Shown: positions 54,185 to 63,374 of the stretch, piece after piece
Position numbering within the stretch: position 1 is the first letter of the stretch
Layout: each line of letters opens with the position of its first letter
Origin: Andalucia godoyi And28
Taxonomy: Eukaryota; Protista; Jakobida
Reading direction: 5' to 3'
DNA: 64,000 nt
NCBI GenBank assembly: GCA_009859145.1
Contig: VRVR01000017.1
Coordinates: forward strand, 64,607-128,606
Position numbers and translations under genes: made by a program
The notes under the pieces: generated by a model
What the model saw: only the letters and a program-made list of their open reading frames with translations
Told to the model about the DNA's origin: nothing
Database searches by the model: none

Positions 54185-54387
54185 CCCTCGTTTTCATTTA
54201 TTCAGGTTTTTTTTTAACTGGATGGAAAAATCCCCTCCGCAAATGTACTTTGTCAAGACGATGAAATGGAAATAAAGCAGAATGAGAAAAGTTCAAAAGT
54301 TTTCCCGGTTCGTTTTTTCTTGGCTTGTGCTTTTGTCGTTTGGTCTACTATGTTGAGGTTTTGATTTTGTTTTTGTGGGCTGAAGGA

Positions 54388-54987
54388 ATGCAACAAGAAG
54401 AGAAGCTAGTTGTGATCACTTCTTTGTCATGTCCGAATGTAGCACTCGTGCCTTATATGCGAGAGCATGTGGAGATGTACCACGGTTGGATGCAGATGCC
54501 CGATAATCTCAGCATGACTGAATCAGAACCCTTGACTCTCGAGGAGCAGTACGCCATGCAAAAAGACTGGCTGACTGATGAGGACAAGCTCACGTTCATC
54601 ATAGAGATTTCAGGAATTCCAATAGGTGATATTAACTGCTTCTTCTTGGATGCGGATGACGAGGGCAGGCTTTTTGGAGAGATAAATGTCATGATTGCCA
54701 ATCCAGCGTTTCGGCGGAAAGGATATGCAGAATCGGCCATTTGGATGATGATGCAGTACGTGTATCCTAGAAGGACGACCTTTATCGCGAAGATTTTGTG
54801 CTCGAATATTTCATCCGTCTCTCTGTTTCGAGAAAAGATGGGTTTTCAGCAATGGAGGCACATTAGTGCCTTCAACGAAGTGTGGCTCTTGTCTCCTGCT
54901 CGTGAAGCATGGCCGCCAAGGGATCTCAGAGTGAAATCAGCTCCGCGTGAGCCTGCGATACCGACAATGAAGTCTCCGAAGTCGTGA
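54388..54987 (+). CDS. NAT9: N-acetyltransferase 9-like GNAT protein
   Basis: LVPYMREHVEMYHGWM, TESEPLTLEEQYAMQKDW..DEDKLTFII, IGDINCF, GEINVMIA...RRKGYA. Confidence 0.92.
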   Translation: MQQEEKLVVITSLSCPNVALVPYMREHVEMYHGWMQMPDNLSMTESEPLTLEEQYAMQKDWLTDEDKLTFIIEISGIPIGDINCFFLDADDEGRLFGEINVMIANPAFRRKGYAESAIWMMMQYVYPRRTTFIAKILCSNISSVSLFREKMGFQQWRHISAFNEVWLLSPAREAWPPRDLRVKSAPREPAIPTMKSPKS

Positions 54988-55020
54988 ACTTTTGAAATTA
55001 GTGGTGCTACTTTTAATGAG

Positions 55021-56187
55021 TTAGAAGCTGACAACGTTGCAACGAGAAGCTGCAATCGGGGCGACCTCGAGGAACTTCGGGGAACAATACTTCTTCTTGA
55101 GCCCCTCGAGTTTAGAAGTTCCGAGGGCCTTCATCGCCTCGTGAATTTCCCTCATCGCTGGCATAATCACATCTTCTGTGTAGCGTGTGTAATGGACCAG
55201 CGAGGCAGTCCATTTCTCGTCGGCACCCTCCACAGGCATGTACTTCTTCGCAAGGCCGACAGAGGCTGCTGTGAGCACGGAGGCTGGGAAACGGCACAAA
55301 CTGTATTCCTGCTGAGAAAGCTCCAATAAAAACGAGGCCATCTTCTTTTGTCGAGCATCCATGTTGGCTGCGCGACAGAATCTGTCGAGGAACGAAAACG
55401 GAGTTGGGACGCTCATCTTGAATCGAATGGTAGCAAGCATGTGTCGCTCCATCTTCAGAATCTCGGCCTTCGAGTAGGCCTTTGCGGATATGTATTCAAA
55501 ATCGCGAACCTCAGGCGGGTACACTTCTTCAAACTTAGAGGCAAGAAGCATGGCAGTCATGCCCGCCAACTGCAGTTTTGCCCGAGCGATGGGCTTGACA
55601 GCCAGATACCGGTCAAGAATAGAGACTGCAAGGAAAAATGTCTCGGGCGACAAGCGGAACTTATTGTGAACATCAATTAGCCAGTCCACGAGAATAGACC
55701 GCATGTTCTTGGAGATTTCTGTTTGCCGAACCATGTAGCCAGGATCTGGCATTTCTCGGATTTCCATTTCGCGCAAGTATGCGTAAACGTCGTCTGTCAG
55801 TTCAGACACGTACATCACATCATGCGTTAGACCTCCGCGACGGTCCATCTGCGGAGACTGCGTCGTGCCCTCGGGAACCATTCGAGGAATATATGCAGTC
55901 TGATTCGGCTGAGACGCTGAAGTTGGAGCAAGGTTAATGGAAAGATCGGACGCAGAAGGCGTCGATGCGGGCACTCGCGAGGATAAGGACGAAGACGTCA
56001 TCATCCGGTTAGTACGGTCTCCAAGGACAGTGCGCTGCTGGCCGAGGACATATCCAGTGGTGTTGGACGTTACTCCAGCTACTGCTGCACCAAAGACCTT
56101 AGCACCCAGAACGTTGCTGGTGTTAGAACGATTCTCGTCGTTCGAAGGCTGGGCTGCGTGAAGAGAAGCAGGGCGTTGGGAGTACAT
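55021..56187 (-). CDS. Mitotic cyclin (B-type)
   Basis: D-box RTVLGDRTN; MRSILVDWLIDVH; KLQLAGMTAMLLASKFEEVYPP. ATG 56187. Confidence 0.93.
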   Translation of the reverse strand: MYSQRPASLHAAQPSNDENRSNTSNVLGAKVFGAAVAGVTSNTTGYVLGQQRTVLGDRTNRMMTSSSLSSRVPASTPSASDLSINLAPTSASQPNQTAYIPRMVPEGTTQSPQMDRRGGLTHDVMYVSELTDDVYAYLREMEIREMPDPGYMVRQTEISKNMRSILVDWLIDVHNKFRLSPETFFLAVSILDRYLAVKPIARAKLQLAGMTAMLLASKFEEVYPPEVRDFEYISAKAYSKAEILKMERHMLATIRFKMSVPTPFSFLDRFCRAANMDARQKKMASFLLELSQQEYSLCRFPASVLTAASVGLAKKYMPVEGADEKWTASLVHYTRYTEDVIMPAMREIHEAMKALGTSKLEGLKKKYCSPKFLEVAPIAASRCNVVSF

Positions 56188-56630
56188 GGCTCTTTTCTTT
56201 GTATAAAAAGTGAAAAGGTGAATCAAGCTTGGGAGGGAAGAAAGAAGGGGGGAGGAAAGGAGTGGAGAAAAAAAAGAAAAAAAAAGAAAAAGAAAAAGCA
56301 AAGCAGAGGTGAAAAAGAACTTTAAAAGCACAGATTGGAAGGGTTTGCTTCGAATTTCGCAGCTGCGTTTTTAACGTTCCTGAAGGAAAAAAATAAAAAC
56401 TGCTCTCTCGACAAAGTCCGGCAGCATCTGAGGATCTTTCATTTCCGTTTTTTTTTTTTTTTTTGCTGGTTGTTATTTGTGTGTGTGTATGTATGTTTTA
56501 TTTTTTCCCCCTTTTTGGTTTTTGTCTTGTCTTCGTTCGTTCGACTGCGCTTCGCATGCACGCAAACTACTTCACAACAACATCAAATCTTGTTCACAAA
56601 GAAGAACTCATAGAAAGAAAAGCTGGACAC

Positions 56631-57914
56631 ATGACAGCATTGCCTGTTTCGCAGGATGTTTTGTCATTCTACAAAGAATCCACAGAGAAATTTGACAAGG
56701 AACGAGAATCTTGGATCTGCAGGATTGACGCGCTAAAGGGTCCACACTCCTACATTTATGGTTTGGAAAGAAAATTGGCAGAAGCAAATGACAAGATTGC
56801 TGAACTGGAATCTGAAGCTTCAGAATTGAAAATCAGTTCCTGTTCCGACAGAGAGAAAATCCTGGAACTGCAAGAGAAGTGTAATCGTTTCGAAATTCAG
56901 GCTCTGCAGGATGCAAAAGACCTGCAGTGCCTTCTGGGGAGAAGCGCTGCCCAACAGAACGGCGGAGAGTGTGGAGATATCACCTACTTCAAAGACAACC
57001 GTCCGGAAACCTCTATAGTCATTCGGGGTGCGAAGAAACAAGAAGTCCCGACTTCTGAAGCTCCGGTGAGACTCATGAAATTTGCAAACGATCATCCGAC
57101 CGTCCTCAAGCGAAACGTAGTTCTTGACAGCGCTGATGCGCAAAGCTTGTCTCTTACGATAGAAAACTTGAAGGCCATGCTAGTGGAACACCAAAAGCTT
57201 GAGAGACACAGAAATTCCACACTAGAAGAAGATCGGGCAAGAAGGGAACACGAGTTTGCTGATCAAAGAAAGCGAGATGGCGGGCTGATATCGACGCTAC
57301 GGACTGAGAATGATCGACTTCGAGGAGAGCTTCTCAATCTTACGAGAGAAATGTGCGTCTATCGAAGAAACACTACCGGATCCAACAGCGTCTTGGTTGA
57401 AGAACTCAACAAATGCAGGTCAGAAAATTCTGCACTGGAAACGGCAATCAAAAACTTGAAGAATCAAATCAGCGTGGAAAGAATGGCCATTCTCACTGCT
57501 TCCCAAGAAGAATCCGATTCCGCATTGAAATGTATGCGCAAAGAGATCAAACAAAGAACAAAGGACATGTCCAACTTCAAAGCAGAAGCGAACATCAGGT
57601 CAGAACACTCCTCAGAGGCTATCGAGAAGCTGAAAACTGCGGCTGCATATTGGAAAGCACGCTGCAAACGAACAGAAGTCAGGCTCAAACTGTCGCTGGA
57701 GGGCTTCGGAAGTTCGTGCAACGAAATGCAGAAGCTGTGTTCCAAGCTTGAAGTCAATGTCGTGCGCTACCGTGGACAATCTATCACGTCACATGATGAA
57801 GGAATCAACCATCAAGTAGCTCAAGTCCTGAAGAAACATCTCGAAGCGATTGTGGAAAGACTGCGGGCATTGGAACAAAACCTGGTGGAAGAGCAAGCGT
57901 TCGTGTCACGGTGA
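56631..57914 (+). CDS. Coiled-coil protein, CCDC77-like (centrosomal)
   Basis: LPVSQDVLSFYKE..EKFDKE and DREKILEL...GDITYF resemble CCDC77; long heptad pattern. Confidence 0.72.
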   Translation: MTALPVSQDVLSFYKESTEKFDKERESWICRIDALKGPHSYIYGLERKLAEANDKIAELESEASELKISSCSDREKILELQEKCNRFEIQALQDAKDLQCLLGRSAAQQNGGECGDITYFKDNRPETSIVIRGAKKQEVPTSEAPVRLMKFANDHPTVLKRNVVLDSADAQSLSLTIENLKAMLVEHQKLERHRNSTLEEDRARREHEFADQRKRDGGLISTLRTENDRLRGELLNLTREMCVYRRNTTGSNSVLVEELNKCRSENSALETAIKNLKNQISVERMAILTASQEESDSALKCMRKEIKQRTKDMSNFKAEANIRSEHSSEAIEKLKTAAAYWKARCKRTEVRLKLSLEGFGSSCNEMQKLCSKLEVNVVRYRGQSITSHDEGINHQVAQVLKKHLEAIVERLRALEQNLVEEQAFVSR

Positions 57915-58148
57915 CGACAAGCAGAAAGAGACTCGAGCGGATGCATGAGAGAGAGGAGTCGTGAGGAGTCGTCACATTTCGACTTTCATTATATAGACTG
58001 ACGGACAAATTTGGCAATTAAGCATCGCGTGTGTCTTCTAATTATTATTATATATTTTATTTTTTTATATTTCCAACCCTCCTTTCTTCTTTCAACCTTT
58101 TGTGGTGTTTTTCTTTTTGCCACAGTAAAATTCACACAGGAAAATACA

Positions 58149-59324
58149 ATGTTGAAGAAAGGTTTGAGAACATGGATTGCATTATTTATTTGCGGTACTA
58201 TCAATAACCTTGTGTATGTAGAGATCATTTCTGCAGCCCAGTCCCTCGCACAGCAATTCGGCCAGGAAAACCTGATTGGTCTGATTCCGTGGGCCAATGT
58301 CGCGTTTGGCATCCTTGTCAAGGCCTTGAATGCATTTTATTTGGAAGCGTGGTCGTATAAAGTGAGGATGCTTCTGATGGGAATTGTTTATCTTGCTGGT
58401 TTGGTGGTTGTGGCGATCTCCACGAAAGTCAACTTTGCATTTTGCATTTTCGGCATCGTGCTAACGGGATCTGCCTCTGCTTTCGGAGAGTCTGTCATGC
58501 TTGGGTATTTGAGACTGCATGATCCTGGAATGGTCTCTTCTTGGTCGTCAGGAACAGGATTTGCAGGAGTTGGGGGTGCAGGGTTGTATCTGCTACTGGT
58601 TGCAGTCGGACTTTCCAATCTTGTGATCTTCCTGCTGATGATGCCCTTGGTATTCCTCTATTGGTTTGCCTTTTTTTTCATGATTGACAGAAAGGACGAG
58701 ATTCGCCATCAGCAACAATCCCCTCCAGCGCCCATTTCCGCGAAACCAGATTCGGAAACAAGTTCACTGCTTTCTGATTCGGCATCGTCGCAAGAACGGT
58801 TGTGGACGCGAGTTTTCCGTGTTAACATGCTTGTTCTGTGGGTTTCTTTGAATCTTGGCTCGGTCTACTTCTCCGAGTACTCTGTATCTACAGGAATGGC
58901 AGATCTCAGCACCAAGGGCTACAAAAACTCGGATCGCTTTGAGCAGAAGAATGCGTACATCATTCTCCAGTTTTGCTATCAATTCGGGGTTCTGATTTCC
59001 AGATCGTCATTGAAATTCTTCAAAATTCGGCGTGTGGATGTGATTAGCTTTCTTCAGTTCTTGAATTTTGTGCTTTGGATGTTTCAGGCAGGCTATAAAT
59101 TCATGGACGTCTGGACGCAGTTCGCTTCGATGGTTTTTGTTGGTCTTCTCGGCGGAGCGTCCTATGTCAATGTGTTTTATTTAATATTCAACGACTCGGA
59201 ACGAATCTCCGATTCCGATCGAGAGCTTGCCACGAATATTTGCTCGATCTGGGTGAACTGCGGTATCATGCTGGCCTGCTCTTATGTTCTACTGATGGAT
59301 AACACGTTTGCGAAGCACTGGTAG
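58149..59324 (+). CDS. CLN3: Battenin/CLN3/BTN1 family lysosomal membrane protein
   Basis: GTINNLVYVEIISAA, ASAFGES..LGY, WSSGTGFAGVGGA, YFSEY, YQFGVLISRSS, GLLGGASYVN. Confidence 0.92.
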   Translation: MLKKGLRTWIALFICGTINNLVYVEIISAAQSLAQQFGQENLIGLIPWANVAFGILVKALNAFYLEAWSYKVRMLLMGIVYLAGLVVVAISTKVNFAFCIFGIVLTGSASAFGESVMLGYLRLHDPGMVSSWSSGTGFAGVGGAGLYLLLVAVGLSNLVIFLLMMPLVFLYWFAFFFMIDRKDEIRHQQQSPPAPISAKPDSETSSLLSDSASSQERLWTRVFRVNMLVLWVSLNLGSVYFSEYSVSTGMADLSTKGYKNSDRFEQKNAYIILQFCYQFGVLISRSSLKFFKIRRVDVISFLQFLNFVLWMFQAGYKFMDVWTQFASMVFVGLLGGASYVNVFYLIFNDSERISDSDRELATNICSIWVNCGIMLACSYVLLMDNTFAKHW

Positions 59325-59728
59325 AATGGCTTTTTTGTGTAGAGTTTTGCATTAAATCTGGATAAAATTCGATCCTGCAGGGGTTGTTGATTACACAACC
59401 ATCTGTGAAGGGTGTTTGCTGCCAAGCGCATGTGTACGGCTTTCAGTTGGACTCCTCAGTCGCTCGTTGCACTTGCATCTGCAAGCAGCTTTCGTCTCCA
59501 CAGCTCACCGCTTAATCCTGCGATTTCTGATGAAAGAGTGGATGCTGATTTCCACCATGCTCGTTTTTCACTTGACTCTCAAAGAGAAAACGCCGGCCGT
59601 TGAAGGACGATCCTTCACAGTCCACAAAAACAAAACGGAATCTGAGTCATAATCACACATCTCCACGACAGGCATGTAGGCACTTACCTGGAGTAGAGAG
59701 CGACAATGGCACTGGCCCACGGCTGGAG

Positions 59729-60349
59729 CCGCTGCCACTTATTGCGATATGATGAAGCAGTCTAAAGCGCAAGACAACAAAAAACACTGCCACGCGCCAT
59801 GCGCATGCGTTTGCTATCTTGACAACTCCGTCACACGATGCCCGATTCGTTTCGCCCCATTTTGATCATGAAATCCCTATAAACACGGCGCCGCGTTTGC
59901 ATTCTCGCACAGCGACGCTCATTTCTTATTTTTGTTGTCCATGCAACGCACCATGTACGTCACGCCCGCAGCGCTGCGCACGAGTTGTGACAATCTCCAC
60001 CGCCGCCAGAACGATCCGCAGCATCCACGCCGGCTCCCATCGCATGCACTGCCTCGCAGACGTCGAACACGCCATCACCACCTGCTTCGTTGCCCGCGAC
60101 GTGCATGACGATGCGCTCCGCAGGGCAGCTGCCGACAAACTGTCTTCGACGATCGCCAAGGTGTTTTGTTGCCCATCGTGCAAATGCACGATCGACCGCG
60201 ATTGGAACGGCGCGCGCAACATCCACATCTATTTTAAGAGCGTTTCTCATGTCGCGGGGCGTGTTGGAGCCTACCCCCCTTCCCAATCATGCTATGCATG
60301 TTGCTAGCTTGCAACATGCATTATGGATGATCAGCGATCAATGTAGGCG
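59729..60349 (+). mobile_element. Copy D: longest TnpB/Fanzor2-derived non-autonomous element
   Basis: Starts CCGCTGCCACTTATTGC. Encodes KVFCCPSCKCTIDRDWNGARNI (Zn-ribbon plus RuvC-III). Hairpin ATGCATGTTGC-TAGCTT-GCAACATGCAT. Ends CAATGTAGGCG. Confidence 0.88.
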
Positions 60350-60589
60350 CCGCCTGCTGGATGCAAATAACGAGGACTCCCAAGTCGAAACTCGGAACAG
60401 CTTGCTGACTGTAGTGCCCAGCTAGTGTCAGAAAGGATGTGTCATTGTCATTGGGGGAGAGTCAGTGATTCCTCCAAGGAGACGTGAAGGTTGTCGAATC
60501 GCTGCTCGCGCATGTTTTGACGATATTATTTTTTATTCTTACACTTCTTTTTTCCTTCCCAGCAAAAAGGAAACGGTTTCGAAGAACAC

Positions 60590-62296
60590 ATGCCTACTGT
60601 CCGCATCCACCGAGACGGTCTCTTCCGTAAGATCGGTCGTCAGTTTTCGGATAAAGAGTTCGATGAACTGTGTTTTGAATTTGGGATTGAACTGGATGAA
60701 GTTGTAGAAGAAGAGAATATCGTATATTACAAGATTGAAATTCCTGCGAATCGCTATGATATTCTGTGTGTTGAAGGACTTTCTCTTGCCATTCGAGTCT
60801 TCCTTGGCATGCAGGCTCCGCCGCACTATCAAGTGAGTCCGAATCCGAAAATTGAGCTGCGTGTCAAGTCCGAAACCAAGTCGGTGAGACCGTTTGTTGT
60901 CGGAGCCGTCCTTCGAGATGTGACGCTCGACAAGGATGCGTACGACTCGTTCATCGACTATCAGGATAAATTGCATCAGAACATCTGCCGAAAAAGGACG
61001 TTGGTCGCAATTGGTACACATGATCTTGATACCTTGAACGTGTCTGCGCCATTTTCGTATGAAGCTCTTCCACCCCAAGATATTGCGTTTGTTCCTTTGA
61101 ACTTGTCGAAGTGCATGACCGGATCTGAAATTATAGATCATTATTCGAAAGACAGCCATATGCGTCCTTTTGCTGCGATCATCAAAGATGAACCTCGTTT
61201 TCCTATCATTTTTGATTCTTCTCGCACTGTGCTGTCTTTACCACCATTAATCAACGGAGACCATTCAAAACTTTCGGTTTCCACGAAGAATGTCTTTATC
61301 GAATGCACTGCTACTGATTTGACAAAGGCTTCGGTGGTGCTTAACAACTTGGTGTGCGCCTTCGCTACTTACTGCAGCATTCCCTTTGTTGTCGAACCTG
61401 TCCGCGTTGTTTACGAAAAAGACGGCAGGCTGGAGATCTGGCCTCACCTTGCGTCTCAGACATTCGAATGCTCCGTTTCAGCAATGTCGAAAGGTATCGG
61501 TATCTCTGTGGATTCTCAGCAAGCGTCACATCTGCTGCGTCGGATGATGCTGGATGCTTCTGTTAACGAACAACAAGTCGACATGATTACTGTTCATGTG
61601 CCTCCTTGTCGAGCGGACATTCTCCATCAGTGCGATATTGAAGAGGATCTGGCCATTTCATTTGGTTTCAACAAGATAGCGCATCAAATGCCACCGTCTG
61701 CCACTGTTGGATATCAGCAACCGTTGAATAGGCTTGCTGACCAAATTCGACTCGAGCTTGCCATGGCTGGATACACGGAAGTTCTCACCTTGGCTTTGTG
61801 TTCCCGCGAAGAGAACATCGTCAATGGTGATCGAGCTGTCAAGATTTCCAATCCGAAGACTGTAGAGTTTCAGGTTGCGAGAACGTCCCTCATTCCGGGT
61901 TTGCTGAAAACTCTCAGTTGCAACAAAACGCATTCCCTTCCTATGCGAATGTTTGAGGTGTCAGATGTTGTCTTGAAGTCTGACGCAACCGACACGGGGG
62001 CTCGTAATGAACGACGATTGGCTGCATTATACTCGTCCACTACCTCAGGTTTCGAAGTTATTCATGGAGTCGTGGATCGCGTTCTAGCGATGCTCAGCAT
62101 TCCGACCGGTACTGTTCAAATTGCAGAACCGTTGGCTGCGGAACATCCCTTTCTGTTCCCTGGAAGGTCTGCTGCTGTGTACGTGAATGCGAAATACGTG
62201 GGCTTTTTCGGTGTTTTGCACCCTGATGTTCTCAAGCAGTTTGATCTGTCCTATCCTGTTTCTGTCACTGAATTGAACCTTGAACTGTTCTGTTAA
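60590..62296 (+). CDS. FARSB: Phenylalanyl-tRNA synthetase beta subunit, cytosolic
   Basis: MPTV...EFDELCFEFGIELD, IEIPANRYDILC, YQDKLHQNICRKRTLVAIGTHD, RADILHQCDIEEDLAI. Confidence 0.97.
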   Translation: MPTVRIHRDGLFRKIGRQFSDKEFDELCFEFGIELDEVVEEENIVYYKIEIPANRYDILCVEGLSLAIRVFLGMQAPPHYQVSPNPKIELRVKSETKSVRPFVVGAVLRDVTLDKDAYDSFIDYQDKLHQNICRKRTLVAIGTHDLDTLNVSAPFSYEALPPQDIAFVPLNLSKCMTGSEIIDHYSKDSHMRPFAAIIKDEPRFPIIFDSSRTVLSLPPLINGDHSKLSVSTKNVFIECTATDLTKASVVLNNLVCAFATYCSIPFVVEPVRVVYEKDGRLEIWPHLASQTFECSVSAMSKGIGISVDSQQASHLLRRMMLDASVNEQQVDMITVHVPPCRADILHQCDIEEDLAISFGFNKIAHQMPPSATVGYQQPLNRLADQIRLELAMAGYTEVLTLALCSREENIVNGDRAVKISNPKTVEFQVARTSLIPGLLKTLSCNKTHSLPMRMFEVSDVVLKSDATDTGARNERRLAALYSSTTSGFEVIHGVVDRVLAMLSIPTGTVQIAEPLAAEHPFLFPGRSAAVYVNAKYVGFFGVLHPDVLKQFDLSYPVSVTELNLELFC

Positions 62297-62412
62297 ACTA
62301 CGTCCATCAACGCAATTCTCCATGCTTGTTTGTTTGTTGTTGTTTTTTGTGTTCTTTCCCCGCCCACACTTTCCATTTTTGTTCTCTTTTTCCTCTTCTT
62401 CTTTTTTTAGTT

Positions 62413-63027
62413 TTATTGCCCTCTGGTGGAAGTGGCCAATGGCAATTCCTTGCCACCGTACAACTTCTTGCCGTAAGAAAACGGCAGATATCGGTGCTTA
62501 ACCATGTGCTGAATCCTCTTTTTCATGGTGACAAAAGAGAGAAGGATGAAGTACAACAACAAAATAGGCCAGAACACAGGAATGTCTGTCAACTTGGTTA
62601 AGGTGAGAGTGAATGCGATGCACACACCTCTGGTCAGTTTGTACCAGAACTTGAATTCCGGAAGTTTGGGAATGAACGGCCTATGCTCGTCATCTCCAGC
62701 TAAAGGAAGTGTGAGATCTTCGTCACCGTCGTCATCATTCGCGTCAACCTCAGGATCATGCAATGGTGAGATGAACAGCACCAGCAAGTTGAGAGAATAA
62801 ATTCCCAGTCCGTACGTCACAACATACCATCCGCCTCCCAGATAGACCCTCAAAATGTAAGCTAGAAAGAGAACTCCGAGAAAGATCCATCGACCAGTAG
62901 AATACGGATGGACGCGATCCAGCAAACGACGAAAACGCGTTCTGAGCCCCGAGATGAGGTGTTGCGTTGGAGTTTTCCCAGACGGAACGGAAATTCCGAG
63001 ATTCAAAGCACCGAGCACGTTGTTCAT
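62413..63027 (-). CDS. RER1: RER1 Golgi-ER retrieval receptor
   Basis: GWYVVTYGLGIYSLNL...F, RPFIPKLPEFKFW, DIPVFWPILLLYF, HMVKHRYLPFSYGK. Confidence 0.95.
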   Translation of the reverse strand: MNNVLGALNLGISVPSGKTPTQHLISGLRTRFRRLLDRVHPYSTGRWIFLGVLFLAYILRVYLGGGWYVVTYGLGIYSLNLLVLFISPLHDPEVDANDDDGDEDLTLPLAGDDEHRPFIPKLPEFKFWYKLTRGVCIAFTLTLTKLTDIPVFWPILLLYFILLSFVTMKKRIQHMVKHRYLPFSYGKKLYGGKELPLATSTRGQ

Positions 63028-63249
63028 GTCTAAAATCTCTGTGATCTTCTAAAGGAGAAACAGAAACGTTGAGACTTCAGAAAGGAGAAGAAACACTTGA
63101 GCTCATAAAGGAACACTACCTTCGAATGCTCAAAGCTTTGCGAAAGTCGGCAAGTGTCGAGTGTGTGAGACGACCTTTTTACAGTAGACAGTCCAACCAC
63201 CTCGTGTCTCTTTCTCTGTCACTCGTTTTTCTTTTTTTCTTTCTTTCTT

Positions 63250-63250
<1 letters not shown>

Positions 63251-63282
<32 letters not shown>
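63251..63282. repeat. (CA)16 microsatellite
   Basis: Perfect CA run. Confidence 0.95.
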
Positions 63283-63286
<4 letters not shown>

Positions 63287-63374
63287 TACGTATATCCGTG
63301 CAGAGAAGTTTTGCAACACTCTTTTTTCACTCGTTTCTGAAATCTCTCTTCAGCGAATTGAAAGGAGAACGTCT

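Noticed and set aside
59680-59728. ACTTACCTGG resembling the U1 snRNA 5' end
   Set aside because: No U1-70K (GATCACGA) loop, canonical U1A loop or Sm site follows.
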